The notes under the pieces are model-generated. The model saw only the letters and a list, made by a program, of their open reading frames with translations, did not search any database and was not told where the DNA came from. A DNA stretch of 64,000 nt from Candidatus Gottesmanbacteria bacterium. GTDB lineage: Bacteria > Patescibacteriota > Microgenomatia > UBA10105 > UBA927. Below are positions 48,872-59,488 of this stretch, one piece after another. Each line of letters starts with the position of its first letter. Position 1 is the first letter of the stretch. The position numbers and the translations under genes are program-made. The stretch is taken from assembly GCA_030679255.1 (NCBI GenBank), contig JAUXTO010000030.1, positions 3,420 through 67,419 of the forward strand. Reading direction: 5' to 3'.

Positions 48872-51484
48872 ATGAACATCGGTAAAATCGTTCCATCAGA
48901 AATAGTGACGGAGATGCAGCGGGCATATCTCGACTACGCCATGAGCGTCATCGTCGCGCGTGCCCTCCCTGATGTACGAGATGGCCTCAAACCCGTCCAC
49001 CGCAGGATCCTTTACGCCATGCACGCCATGGGAATGTCCCATACGAGCCGCTATACCAAATCCGCCAAGGTCGTCGGAGAGGTCCTCGGCAAATACCACC
49101 CCCACGGCGATGCGCCGGTCTATGAGGCAATGGTGCGTCTCGCACAGAATTTTGCCATGCGCTACATGCTTATTGATGGCCAGGGTAATTTTGGATCTGT
49201 TGACGGCGATCCGCCTGCTGCCATGCGGTATACCGAATGCCGGCTTTCGTCCATTGCCTCAGAAATGCTCCTGGATATCGAAAAGGAAACCGTAAAATTT
49301 TCTCCAAACTTTGATAATACCATCAAGGAGCCTGATTTTCTTCCGGCCAAACTCCCGAACCTCCTCCTCATGGGATCGGAGGGTATCGCCGTCGGCATGG
49401 CCACTAAAATTCCGCCGCATAATCTCTCCGAAGTAGCCGATGCCATCGGCATGATGATCGGAAAAGCGAGGATTGAAAAGTCATCAGTCATCAGCCCGCC
49501 TGCAGGCGCCTGGAGCGCCAGCGACTGGCGGGCAGGTCATCAGTCTTCAGATAAACAACCGATCGAAGGTCTGATAGCTGAAGACAGAAAGCTGACGACT
49601 ATCCACTTTGACACCACGGTCGAAGATCTCATGGAGCACATTCAGGGACCGGATTTCCCGACCGGCGGAATCATTTATGACGTCAGTGAAATTAAAAACG
49701 CCTACGCCACCGGACGCGGTAAGATCGTCATGCGGGGACGGGCTGAAATAGAAGACATCGGTGGCGGCAAAAGCGCCATCATCATTAGCGAACTCCCGTA
49801 TCAGGTCAATAAGGCTCTCCTCGTCGTTAAAATTGCCGATCTCGTGAAAGATAAAAAAATCGAAGGCATTAGTGATCTCCGGGACGAGAGCGACCGGCGG
49901 GGTATCCGGGTCTACGTCGAGCTTAAACGTGATGCCAAACCCAAGCAGGTCCTCAATAACCTCTATAAGCACACCAATCTCCAGACCACGTTTCCGGTCA
50001 ATATGGTAGCGCTTGTGGATAACACGCCACAGACGTGTAGCCTGAAACTCATTCTCGAAGAATATATCAAACACCGCCATGATGTAGTACGAAAAAGAAG
50101 TGAATTTGAGCTCAAAGAAGCCCGCGCTCGGGAACATATTTTAGAGGGTCTCAAGATTGCCGTCGATCATATTGATGAAGTGATTGCCATTATCAAAAAA
50201 AGCGAAAGCGCGGATGTTGCCAAAACCAAACTTATGACCCGCTTCAAGCTTTCTGAAATTCAATCAACCGCAATTTTGGACATGCAGCTCCGGCGCTTGG
50301 CAGCCCTCGAGCGGCAAAAGATCGACGATGAACTGGCTATGATCCGCGAAACGATCGCCTACCTCCTTGATCTTCTCGAGCATCCGCAAAAAATTCTCAA
50401 TGTGGTACGTGATGAGCTTCTCAAACTCAAAGAAAAGTACGGCGATAACCGCAAAACCAAAGTGTTTAAAAGCAAAGTCGGCGAGTTTAGCGACGAACAA
50501 CTCATCCCCAACGAAGAAGTCATTATCACCATGAGCCAGTCCGGCTATATCAAGCGGGTCCCCCGGACCACATTCAAGATGCAGGAACGCGGCGGCAAAG
50601 GAGTGATCGGTATGGCGACGAAAGAAGAAGACGCGATTGATCAATTGATTGTCGCCCAAACCCACGACAATATGCTCTTTATTACGGACCGCGGACGCGT
50701 CTATCAAGTCCGCGTCTGGGACATCCCGGAGGGGAGCCGCCAGAGCAAAGGCCAGGCGGTCGTCAATCTCATCAATATCGAGTCCGGTGAGCGCGTAACG
50801 AGCATCCTCGCCTACAGCCTGAAAAAGGATCAACAGAAGGAACAAGGGGTCAAACACATTCTGATGGCCACCAAAAACGGCACGGTGAAAAAATCCAAAC
50901 TCACGGAGTACGAAAATATCCGCAGAAGCGGCATTGTCGCGATCAAACTCGAATCCGGCTCACCGAAAGGCGAAGCGAGTGATGAACTCGCCTGGGCGAG
51001 ACTAACAAGCGGGGAAGATGATATCCTGCTCGTGACGCACGAAGGCAAATCCATCCGATTTGGGGAAAGCGAAGTCCGGCCGACGGCCAGGGACACCATG
51101 GGAGTGCGGGGAGTATTACTGACAAAAGGTGACTTTGTCGTATCCGTCGATGTCATCGATACGCATACCAAAGGTGCCGACTTTTTGACGATCATGGAAA
51201 AGGGGATCGGCAAAAAAACCGCGATCCGCGACTTCCCCAAACAACGCCGCGGCGGGCAGGGGATCAAAGTCGCCCAAGTCAAAGATAAAACCGGCAAAGT
51301 CGTCGTTTCCCAGATCGTCCCCTCTGATTGCGAAAGTGTGATCCTCACCTCGACCAAAGGCCAGGTCGTCAAGCTCCCGATCACCTCAGTACCAAGATTA
51401 GGCCGAGCAACTTCCGGAGTTATATTGATGCGCTTCACCGACAAATCCGACACCATCGCAGCGGCTACTTGTCTTGCGAAATAA
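48872..51484 (+). CDS. gyrA: DNA gyrase subunit A
   Basis: [22 protein letters not shown] and GyrA-box QERGGKG. Confidence 0.98.
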   Translation: MNIGKIVPSEIVTEMQRAYLDYAMSVIVARALPDVRDGLKPVHRRILYAMHAMGMSHTSRYTKSAKVVGEVLGKYHPHGDAPVYEAMVRLAQNFAMRYMLIDGQGNFGSVDGDPPAAMRYTECRLSSIASEMLLDIEKETVKFSPNFDNTIKEPDFLPAKLPNLLLMGSEGIAVGMATKIPPHNLSEVADAIGMMIGKARIEKSSVISPPAGAWSASDWRAGHQSSDKQPIEGLIAEDRKLTTIHFDTTVEDLMEHIQGPDFPTGGIIYDVSEIKNAYATGRGKIVMRGRAEIEDIGGGKSAIIISELPYQVNKALLVVKIADLVKDKKIEGISDLRDESDRRGIRVYVELKRDAKPKQVLNNLYKHTNLQTTFPVNMVALVDNTPQTCSLKLILEEYIKHRHDVVRKRSEFELKEARAREHILEGLKIAVDHIDEVIAIIKKSESADVAKTKLMTRFKLSEIQSTAILDMQLRRLAALERQKIDDELAMIRETIAYLLDLLEHPQKILNVVRDELLKLKEKYGDNRKTKVFKSKVGEFSDEQLIPNEEVIITMSQSGYIKRVPRTTFKMQERGGKGVIGMATKEEDAIDQLIVAQTHDNMLFITDRGRVYQVRVWDIPEGSRQSKGQAVVNLINIESGERVTSILAYSLKKDQQKEQGVKHILMATKNGTVKKSKLTEYENIRRSGIVAIKLESGSPKGEASDELAWARLTSGEDDILLVTHEGKSIRFGESEVRPTARDTMGVRGVLLTKGDFVVSVDVIDTHTKGADFLTIMEKGIGKKTAIRDFPKQRRGGQGIKVAQVKDKTGKVVVSQIVPSDCESVILTSTKGQVVKLPITSVPRLGRATSGVILMRFTDKSDTIAAATCLAK

Positions 51485-51497
51485 ACGCTCACACGCC

Positions 51498-52001
51498 ATG
51501 AAACAAACCAGACTGCAAAATGCCGCGTATATCCGTAATTTCGTTTTTGGGGTCGAGGATAGTTTAGTGTCTACCGTGGGCCTCCTGTCCGGCATTGCCG
51601 TGGGTGGCGTGGAGCGTTCGCAGATTATCCTCACCGGCATCGTTCTCCTTTTTGTGGAGGCTTTCTCCATGGCGATGGGAAGTTTGCTTTCCGAACAATC
51701 AGCCCAGGAATATTTGAGCCGCAAAGAGGTCTCCATGCGCGCATCGGCGACGGACAGCGTTATCATGTTTGTCTCCTACTTCCTCGCGGGTCTTATCACA
51801 CTTGCTCCGTACTTCACTATGGAATCAAAATCAGCGCTTCCGATTTCCATCGCGCTCTCATTGGGTTCTCTCTTCCTTTTGGGTATCGTGAGTGCCAAAA
51901 TCTTTGGCATCAACATACTCAAAAGCGGCATCAGGACGCTTGCCATGGGTGGCTTTGCCATACTCGTCGGCGTCCTCGTCAGTCTCGTCGTTGCGAAATA
52001 A
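51498..52001 (+). CDS. VIT1/CCC1 family transporter
   Basis: FGVEDSLVST and EAFSMAMG motifs. Confidence 0.88.
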   Translation: MKQTRLQNAAYIRNFVFGVEDSLVSTVGLLSGIAVGGVERSQIILTGIVLLFVEAFSMAMGSLLSEQSAQEYLSRKEVSMRASATDSVIMFVSYFLAGLITLAPYFTMESKSALPISIALSLGSLFLLGIVSAKIFGINILKSGIRTLAMGGFAILVGVLVSLVVAK

Positions 52002-52034
52002 TAAACCAACCAGGATTCTTGCTACAATAGATAC

Positions 52035-54452
52035 ATGCATGCCTCGACCGTATCTTCTCGTCATGGATTAACCACTGATGAAGCACGACTGCGGCTCGTT
52101 CACTATGGACAAAACCTATTACCGGAAAAACCGTCCTTCACTGCCGTATCCATCTTCATCCATCAATTCACGAGTCCCCTGATATACATCTTGTTGGGAG
52201 CCGCCGCCATCACCGTACTCCTGCGGGACTTTGTTGATGCGGCAGTCATCGGCATGGCCGTATTGGTCAATACCATCCTCGGATTTATACAGGAATATAA
52301 AGCGGAAACAGCGCTTCTCTCTCTGAAAAAAATCCTGACGCCGCAAGCGAAAGTTATCCGCGATGGCAAGCCTGTTACGATTGCAGCCTCTTTGCTCGTA
52401 CCGGGAGATCTCGTCCTCCTGACATCAGGAGAACGCGTACCGGGCGATGGCACTGTGGTCGAGGCTGTCCGGCTATTTATCAACGAATCGTGGCTCACCG
52501 GAGAAAGCGTTCCGGTCGAAAAAAATACCCCGACCAGTCCAAGCCAATTGAATCCAAATAACGCGGTCTCCATGGGTACTGTAGTCGCCTCCGGAAGAGG
52601 ACTCATCAAGATTACCGCGACTGGAATGCATACAGTAATTGGCACGATGGCCCAAACGCTCAACCAAACGAAAAAAGAAGACACGCCACTGCAAAAAGAA
52701 ATTTCCGGGCTTGCGCGCACACTCGCCGTGATCGTAGTCGTATTGTGTGGATTACTGTTCATCCTCGGGGTGCTTCACGGACAAGCATTCGTCGTGATGG
52801 CCTCGACGGTCGTGGCCATCGCGGTTTCCGCTATACCGGAAGGGCTCGCCGTATCCCTAACGGTGATCCTTGCGATAGGCATGCAACGCGTCATGAAAAG
52901 AAACGCGTTGGTCAGAAAAATGGTCGCCGCTGAAACGTTGGGCTCTATCTCGACGATATGTGTCGATAAAACCGGCACGATTACCCAAGGGGTGATGTCG
53001 GTCGTCAAAAGTGACCTGACAGACACCACACAGGCGATGCGGGCCGCCGTCCTTGCAAACAATCTTGAAGAACCGCTCGAAATTGCCTTGTGGGACTTTA
53101 CCAGAACCCTGGGTCAGGGTGATCCACAACAGATTGCCGATACCCACAAACGTATCTCTGAGCTGCCCTTTGACAGTGTCAATAAATATATGAGCGTCAC
53201 GACGCGTGATGGTGTATGGACCAAAGGCGCGCCGGAGGTCGTTCTTGCGATGAGTGATCTCCCGAAACATACCCAGTCTATCTGGATGCAAAAAGTTACG
53301 AAGTGGGGATCAGAGGGACTGAGGGTGCTTGGGCTCCTTCATAACAAAACGTTTCTGGGGATCATCGGCATTGCCGATCCGGTGCGGGAGGGTGTCGCCG
53401 ACGCAGTCGCCCATGTCCAAGAAGCCGGAGTAGCCATCACGATGGTCACGGGAGATTACCGTGCCACCGCCCAGTCCGTGCTTTCCGCCATTGGACTGCC
53501 AATCAAAAACCCTGAACATGAAATTATGGAAGGCCATGAAGTAGCGAGCATCACTGAGGATGAACTTGTCGCACGGGTCCGCGGTATCCGGCTTTTTTGC
53601 CGGGTGAGTCCAGACCAAAAACTGAAGATTGTCTCAGCGCTCCAAAAAGCCGGGGAGGTCGTCGCCATGACCGGAGACGGCGTCAATGATGCGGTAGCCA
53701 TAAAAAAAGCGGATATCGGGATTGTCGTCTCTGGGGCCTCAGACGTTGCCCGGGAGACTGCCGATATCGTGCTTCTCGATTCTAACTTTAAGACCATTGT
53801 CGCAGCGATCCAGGAAGGACGGGCAATCTATGACAACATCCGGAAGGTTACATTTTATTTACTTTCTAATTCTTTCGTAGAAATATCCTTAATCGCCACA
53901 ACGATCGTCCTCGGACTTCCACTGCCGCTTACTGCCATCCAGATTCTCTGGATTAACCTGGTCGATGACGGGATCCCCACGCTTGCGTTGGCTACCGATC
54001 CCAGAAGCCATGATTTGATGCGCAGTAAGCCGCGGCTCAAATCCGCGCCGATTGTCGACCGGAGGATGGGCATCCTGATTGTATGCATTAGTGGAGTGAT
54101 CGCAAGCGTATCCCTTGCCGTGTTTCTCTGGACCGGTGGGGAAAGAACGATTGCCTTGAGCCGCACCATGGTGTTTACGCTTGTGGCCATAAGCACACTC
54201 GTCTATGTCTTCAGCTGCAGAAGTGTCGACCGGCCTATGAAACTTATATCAGTATTCCATAATCGGTGGCTTCTGGGGTCAGTAGCTATGGGATTTGCGC
54301 TCCAACTCTTTGCCGTCTATCATCCGTGGGGCAACCTCGCATTTGGAACCGTGCCGCTGTCTGCTACCTCCTGGGCTGTCATCCTTGGCGCAAGCGTCCT
54401 CATCATGGGTATGATTGAAGGAATGAAGCGGTTTAACAAAATAACAAATTAA
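52035..54452 (+). CDS. P-type cation-transporting ATPase (P2, Ca2+-like)
   Basis: LTGES, IPEGL, DKTGT, TGD, GDGVND and QILWINL motifs. Confidence 0.95.
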   Translation: MHASTVSSRHGLTTDEARLRLVHYGQNLLPEKPSFTAVSIFIHQFTSPLIYILLGAAAITVLLRDFVDAAVIGMAVLVNTILGFIQEYKAETALLSLKKILTPQAKVIRDGKPVTIAASLLVPGDLVLLTSGERVPGDGTVVEAVRLFINESWLTGESVPVEKNTPTSPSQLNPNNAVSMGTVVASGRGLIKITATGMHTVIGTMAQTLNQTKKEDTPLQKEISGLARTLAVIVVVLCGLLFILGVLHGQAFVVMASTVVAIAVSAIPEGLAVSLTVILAIGMQRVMKRNALVRKMVAAETLGSISTICVDKTGTITQGVMSVVKSDLTDTTQAMRAAVLANNLEEPLEIALWDFTRTLGQGDPQQIADTHKRISELPFDSVNKYMSVTTRDGVWTKGAPEVVLAMSDLPKHTQSIWMQKVTKWGSEGLRVLGLLHNKTFLGIIGIADPVREGVADAVAHVQEAGVAITMVTGDYRATAQSVLSAIGLPIKNPEHEIMEGHEVASITEDELVARVRGIRLFCRVSPDQKLKIVSALQKAGEVVAMTGDGVNDAVAIKKADIGIVVSGASDVARETADIVLLDSNFKTIVAAIQEGRAIYDNIRKVTFYLLSNSFVEISLIATTIVLGLPLPLTAIQILWINLVDDGIPTLALATDPRSHDLMRSKPRLKSAPIVDRRMGILIVCISGVIASVSLAVFLWTGGERTIALSRTMVFTLVAISTLVYVFSCRSVDRPMKLISVFHNRWLLGSVAMGFALQLFAVYHPWGNLAFGTVPLSATSWAVILGASVLIMGMIEGMKRFNKITN

Positions 54453-54462
54453 CAATTTAACT

Positions 54463-55398
54463 ATGAATCTGTGGATTCAGATCAGCATCCTGATTGTATC
54501 CGGTATGGTATTAACCGGAGCGGCTCACCTGGTCGTCAAACAAAGCACGCGTCTCGCCCACATGGTTGGGCTTTCAAATTTTACGGTTGGATTTCTTCTT
54601 CTGGGCATCTTCACGTCTATGCCGGAACTCTTTGTGGCCATGCAGTCGGTTCACGACGGGATTCCTCAATTGTCAGCCGGCAACCTGCTTGGCGGATCGA
54701 TCCTTCTGCTCTCATTTGTCATGGGGACGACCGCGGTACTACTCGGACAAGTCAGATTGGATCACCGGTTAAGCGGCAAGGAACTCGTGGTGATGATGGG
54801 GGTCATCGCCGCGCCGGTTGCCGTCCTCTGGGATGAACGGCTCACGCGGCCCGAGGGACTGTTTCTCGTGAGCGTGTATATTCTTCACGCATTTGTGCTT
54901 AACCAGGATGACAGGAAGATGCACCGAAAAAATAATGTCGTCAGCGCCAAAGGACTCAGCAGTCATCTGGCTCTCCTTGCCGTAGGGGTGGGCATGATGT
55001 TTCTTTCCTCACGGTTTATTGTATCGGGTGCTGAGAATATCATGAAGACATTCGCCATTGCACCCGTCGTCTTTGGGCTATTTTTCCTCTCTCTTGGCAC
55101 CAATCTTCCGGAACTTGCCTTAGCCTTTGAAGGCATACGCAAGCGGAGCAAAGAAATCGCCTTTGGGGATTTTTTAGGTAGCAGTGCTGCCAACACCCTG
55201 ATTTTGGGACTACTCGGACTGGTCATGCCCTTCAGCGGGTCTGGCAACGGAAAAATCCTGGGAGCGCTTCTATGGCTGACCTGCATATCCGCCTATTTTC
55301 TCTGGGCCGTCTCATCCGGACGGACGGTTTCGAGAAAAGAGGGCATCGGGCTCCTTATCTTTTATTTCATTTTTGTCATATACGAACTGGCCGTCTAG
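54463..55398 (+). CDS. Na+/Ca2+ antiporter (YrbG-like)
   Basis: Alpha repeats TSMPE and GTNLPE. Confidence 0.9.
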   Translation: MNLWIQISILIVSGMVLTGAAHLVVKQSTRLAHMVGLSNFTVGFLLLGIFTSMPELFVAMQSVHDGIPQLSAGNLLGGSILLLSFVMGTTAVLLGQVRLDHRLSGKELVVMMGVIAAPVAVLWDERLTRPEGLFLVSVYILHAFVLNQDDRKMHRKNNVVSAKGLSSHLALLAVGVGMMFLSSRFIVSGAENIMKTFAIAPVVFGLFFLSLGTNLPELALAFEGIRKRSKEIAFGDFLGSSAANTLILGLLGLVMPFSGSGNGKILGALLWLTCISAYFLWAVSSGRTVSRKEGIGLLIFYFIFVIYELAV

Positions 55399-55423
55399 CC
55401 ATCACGTGCTATACTCACACACA

Positions 55424-56281
55424 ATGAACATTGACGGAAAATTTCTAGCCGAACAAATTCTCAAAAAGCTTCGGGCGGGGGTCATCAAGCTAAAACAAAA
55501 AGGGGTAACGCCGACCATCGCCGTCATCCAAGTTGGGGATGATCCCGGCTCTACCGCCTACATCCGGCAAAAACAAAAAGCAGCGGAACAGATTGGAGCG
55601 AAGCTTTTATTGAGTCGTCAGTCGTCAGTCGTCAGTCGTCAGCAATTAGAGAACAGTATCAAACAATACAACAACGATCCCAAAGTCCACGGCATCATCC
55701 TCCAACGCCCGTTACCCGGAGTTTTAGATGCACAAAGTACATCACTATGTAGTGCTATACTTCCTACAAAAGACGTTGATGGTTTTCTTCCCGATTCTCC
55801 CTACCGCGTCCCTGTCGCCTCCGCTGTCATCACGATACTCCGATTTGCTTTTTCCCAATTAGACCAATTAGCCCCATTAGACCAATTTGACTCATGGCTC
55901 GAAAAACAATCCATCGTCGTCCTCGGTAGGGGAGACACCGCCGGAAAACCAATCGCAGACCTGCTCATCAAACGAGACTGCAATGTCACCGTCGTCCACT
56001 CCCAAACTCCCAATCCCGACACAATCACCAAAACGGCGGATGTCCTGATCAGTTGCGTGGGGAAAACGAATATTGTACGACGTGATACCATAAAACCAGG
56101 CATCGTTCTCATAAGTGTCGGGATCACTCGGGGGGCTGACGGCAAACTCCACGGAGACTATGAGGAAGACCACATCAAGGATCTCGCTTCATTATATACT
56201 CCAACTCCTGGGGGAGTCGGTCCGGTAAACGTCGCCTGCCTCATGGAAAACCTGCTTCAAGCCGCAAGTAATGTACTATAG
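55424..56281 (+). CDS. folD: Bifunctional methylene-THF dehydrogenase/cyclohydrolase
   Basis: YIRQK, HGIILQRPLP, KDVDG and TPTPGGVGP motifs. Confidence 0.95.
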   Translation: MNIDGKFLAEQILKKLRAGVIKLKQKGVTPTIAVIQVGDDPGSTAYIRQKQKAAEQIGAKLLLSRQSSVVSRQQLENSIKQYNNDPKVHGIILQRPLPGVLDAQSTSLCSAILPTKDVDGFLPDSPYRVPVASAVITILRFAFSQLDQLAPLDQFDSWLEKQSIVVLGRGDTAGKPIADLLIKRDCNVTVVHSQTPNPDTITKTADVLISCVGKTNIVRRDTIKPGIVLISVGITRGADGKLHGDYEEDHIKDLASLYTPTPGGVGPVNVACLMENLLQAASNVL

Positions 56282-56341
56282 GTCTTGTTCAATGCGAGCC
56301 GTAAGCGTACAATATCTTGTATCCACGCCCTCATTTATCCT

Positions 56342-56944
56342 ATGGGAAGATCACAGATCGCACCAATTTTACAACCCGATGACACGACGTGCGGCCCGTC
56401 CGCCCTCAAACTTGCGCTGGAAATTTTAGGGAAACGTAAATCACTCACGGCTCTTATCGAGCTTTGCAAAACCAACAGAAACGGGACATCCACAAAAAAA
56501 CTCATTGAGGCAATCAATGCATTGGGATTTTCCGTGCTTGCGGTCGAATACGCGACCCTCACACATCTCCAGAGCGCACTTAAATATCCGACCAGCCAGC
56601 CCCGCGCAGTACTCGTCTCGTATCTTTATGATCTCGATGAAAAAGAAGAACCCCATCCCGATTCGGGACACTGGGCGGTCGTATCTACATACTCGGCCAG
56701 AAACAGCAGGATTGTGCTCCTCGACAGCGCAAGCGGCAAAAAGAAATCGTATGCATGGAAAGAATTCCGGGACCGCTGGATGGACTTTGATCTCAAACGG
56801 AAAAAAATCAAAAAAGGCAGAAAGGAATTCAAACTCGTCCGCCGCTGGCAGGAGCAATTACTGTTGGTAATTGCTAAGGATCCGAAATATCTTCCAAAAT
56901 TTAAAATCCAAACCGCGAAGTATTTTCTTGCTGCCGAAAACTGA
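56342..56944 (+). CDS. Peptidase C39-like cysteine protease
   Basis: Q..D.TCGP...GHWAVV...LLDS catalytic pattern. Confidence 0.8.
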   Translation: MGRSQIAPILQPDDTTCGPSALKLALEILGKRKSLTALIELCKTNRNGTSTKKLIEAINALGFSVLAVEYATLTHLQSALKYPTSQPRAVLVSYLYDLDEKEEPHPDSGHWAVVSTYSARNSRIVLLDSASGKKKSYAWKEFRDRWMDFDLKRKKIKKGRKEFKLVRRWQEQLLLVIAKDPKYLPKFKIQTAKYFLAAEN

Positions 56945-56987
56945 CCGCTTGCAAATCAAAAATGTCCTGTTCTATACTTGGCATACT

Positions 56988-57269
56988 ATGACAAACGCGA
57001 TGCCCATCACGAAGGATGACCTCAAAACAGTACTCAAGGAACTCAATATTGCAACAAAGGACGATCTCAAACCATTTGCAACAAAGGACGATCTCAAAGG
57101 ACTTTCCACAAAAGATGATCTTCTCCACCTCGAACGAAGGCTCAAGCTCCGTATGGGCAAACACCGCAATGAAATCTTTACCATGGTTGGCAATCTGGCA
57201 ACCAGTACTCCGAGCCGTCGTGAATTTGAGAGCCTCAAAAGTCAAAGTCGCTTTATCGCACACTCGTAG
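56988..57269 (+). CDS. Hypothetical protein with (A/S)TKDDL repeats
   Basis: Four TKDDL units; resembles 8812-9126. Confidence 0.65.
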   Translation: MTNAMPITKDDLKTVLKELNIATKDDLKPFATKDDLKGLSTKDDLLHLERRLKLRMGKHRNEIFTMVGNLATSTPSRREFESLKSQSRFIAHS

Positions 57270-58248
57270 ACCTTCGGAGACACGACTCCACGATCTCCCG
57301 GATAAAATCAGCGAAGGTCATCCCCGCGGCTTTATACGAAACCGTCATCCCATAATCATCGCTGTCTCCGAGTCCCGGATTGGCGTTGGCTTCTAAAATA
57401 AATACCTCGTCGTCGCGCGTCCGGATATCGAGTCGCGAATAATCGGCAAATCCCATATCGATAAACGCTTTATGGCTTATTCGATTGATCTTCTCCAAAA
57501 AAGACAAGCTCAAGTGCGCTAAACGTACGGAGGATTCTTTATAATCCGCGTGGGTTTCATCCCACCGGCTCCCGTAGGTGAGAAATGCACCGGTTCCCTG
57601 TGTGGTAAACAGTATTTCTGCCGGGTGTAGCACTGCAAGACCGTTTTTTTTCTGAATAATTGTCACCTGAAACTCCCGCCCCACGATAAATTCCTCCACA
57701 TACACAGATTGTTTAAACGTTTGCATCCGGTCGTTCGTCACGCGGATAAGTTCATCTGCATTTTTCACGACTGCATCTTTGGTGAGCCCCACACTACAAT
57801 GTTGGAGTCCGAGTTTAACGATCGCGGGATAAACAAAATCGTCGCGTACGGATTCATTACCTGTCTCAAATTTCTGCCATCTGGGAGTGGGCAACCCAGC
57901 GGCCTCCATGGCCGCTTTCATGCGGCTTTTATCATTGCACACCGCAAGCGCAGCGTTCGATGATCCGGTGTAGGCAATGCCGGTAGCGTCCAATGCTTCC
58001 ATGGCACGAACAAGTAATGACCCGTCCAATCCATCCCATTCTAAAAGATTAAAAATAACGTCGGCCCGGATATTTCGTATCTGATCAATTGTGTCCTCGG
58101 ATATGGGTAAGAGTACGACGGTGACCCCTTTAAGGACAAGCGCTTCCGCCACTTCATCCGCGGATTCTTTCGTATCCTCATCCGTGGCTAAAAATGGGCT
58201 TGCAAGCGCCCGACGGGTGGGAAGACTGTAAATGATAGCGATTTTCAT
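57253..58248 (-). CDS. ATP-grasp ligase (D-Ala-D-Ala ligase-like)
   Basis: YTGS, DK, VEEFIVGRE, YSRLDIR and LEANANP motifs. Confidence 0.85.
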   Translation of the reverse strand: MKIAIIYSLPTRRALASPFLATDEDTKESADEVAEALVLKGVTVVLLPISEDTIDQIRNIRADVIFNLLEWDGLDGSLLVRAMEALDATGIAYTGSSNAALAVCNDKSRMKAAMEAAGLPTPRWQKFETGNESVRDDFVYPAIVKLGLQHCSVGLTKDAVVKNADELIRVTNDRMQTFKQSVYVEEFIVGREFQVTIIQKKNGLAVLHPAEILFTTQGTGAFLTYGSRWDETHADYKESSVRLAHLSLSFLEKINRISHKAFIDMGFADYSRLDIRTRDDEVFILEANANPGLGDSDDYGMTVSYKAAGMTFADFIREIVESCLRRSTSVR

Positions 58249-58387
58249 ATAAATACCAAGCACCAAATTCCAAGTATCAAACAAATTCCAATTTCAATCC
58301 GCCAGTTGGCGGACTAAACGTTTTGAACATTGGTGCTTAGAATTTTGATATTGTTTGGAATTTGGTGCTTGTGATTTGGAATTTCGC
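58249..58387. repeat. Inverted array of 7-nt periodic repeats with nested TCCGCCAGTTGGCGGA hairpin
   Basis: aaatacc/aagcacc/aaattcc followed by ggaattt/ggtgctt/gtgattt. Confidence 0.75.
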
Positions 58388-58389
58388 TT

Positions 58390-59313
58390 TCATTTCCGAT
58401 GAAAGCGTTGGTGTATCTCCCGCAACTGTGGATTGGTGATGTGTGTATAAATTTGCGTCGTCGACACATTTTTATGTCCGAGTAGTTCTTGGATTGCGCG
58501 TAGGTCAGCGCCACTACTGAGAAGATCCGTTGCAAAACTATGCCGCAACCCGTGGGGAGTAATTTTGACGGGTAACCGGGCCTTCTTCACATACTTTTCA
58601 ACCGACCGCTGGACGCTCCTGGGCGAGAGTCTTCTCGATTCCCCGGTTTTATCGTCCTCGTCCGGCGTTTTCCCAGAGTAGCGGATAAACATGGGCTTCC
58701 ACGCGTCATCGCGGCTCTTGAGATACCGCCCGAGCCACTCGGCGGCTGTATCGGACACAAACACGACTCTCGAGCGTCGGCCTTTCCCGATAATGCCAAA
58801 TTCTTTGCGCTCTAAATTAATCTGATCACGGTTAAGCGACACGAGTTCCGAAACCCGCAGACCAGTCGAAAACAAAAGCTCGAGAATTGCTTTATCCCGA
58901 AATCCCTCAGGAGTACTGATTTCGGGCATATTGAGAAGTCGTTCGACGCCGTCCCGTTCCAAAAATTTAATGCTGTGGCTTTCTGCCTTCCCGAGCTCGA
59001 CCATTTCCGGGGCGACAACCGGAATGCCGCGCTTGATGAGGAATTTGAGAAACGACCGGAGGGCAATCAGATGATAATTTTGCGTCACGCGTTTGAGCGT
59101 CAGTTCATGGGAATCCGTATAGCGGGATAAAAACAACCGGTACTCGCGTATTTTTTCCGGAGTAATGTCGCTAGGGGAGAGTACTTGGCCCCCCAGAAAG
59201 CCCAAAAACCGCTCCATATAGTGTTTATAATTGCGGATCGTAAGCTTGGAAACATTTCGCTCGAGTTCAAGATATTCCAGAAAATCAATAAGCAACTGGG
59301 AAAGATCCTTCAT
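58390..59313 (-). CDS. XerC/XerD-like tyrosine recombinase
   Basis: TGLRVSEL, GKG, HGLRHSFAT, LGH and TTQIYTH. Confidence 0.95.
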   Translation of the reverse strand: MKDLSQLLIDFLEYLELERNVSKLTIRNYKHYMERFLGFLGGQVLSPSDITPEKIREYRLFLSRYTDSHELTLKRVTQNYHLIALRSFLKFLIKRGIPVVAPEMVELGKAESHSIKFLERDGVERLLNMPEISTPEGFRDKAILELLFSTGLRVSELVSLNRDQINLERKEFGIIGKGRRSRVVFVSDTAAEWLGRYLKSRDDAWKPMFIRYSGKTPDEDDKTGESRRLSPRSVQRSVEKYVKKARLPVKITPHGLRHSFATDLLSSGADLRAIQELLGHKNVSTTQIYTHITNPQLREIHQRFHRK

Positions 59314-59325
59314 AAAGTGTATGTT

Positions 59326-59423
59326 GTCATCCTCGGGCTTGACCCGAGGATCCAGTCAAAACCCCCCTGGATTCCCGCCCGCTTCGCCAAAGCGACGGCG
59401 AGGCGAGCCTTCGCGGGAATGAC
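59326..59423. repeat. Family C/D composite palindromic element (intergenic)
   Basis: GTCATCCTCGGGCTTGACCCGAGGATCCAG...CTGGATTCCCGC...GCGGGAATGAC. Confidence 0.8.
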
Positions 59424-59488
59424 GATCACTATAAGAATGTACGACATCACGAATATTGTCAAGCACCAGTCTGATATACTGTACATAT

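Noticed and set aside
50830-51492. Long antisense or alternative-frame ORFs (e.g. 19316-20029, 46480-47118, 50830-51492)
   Set aside because: Shadows of well-supported genes, with no motifs of their own.
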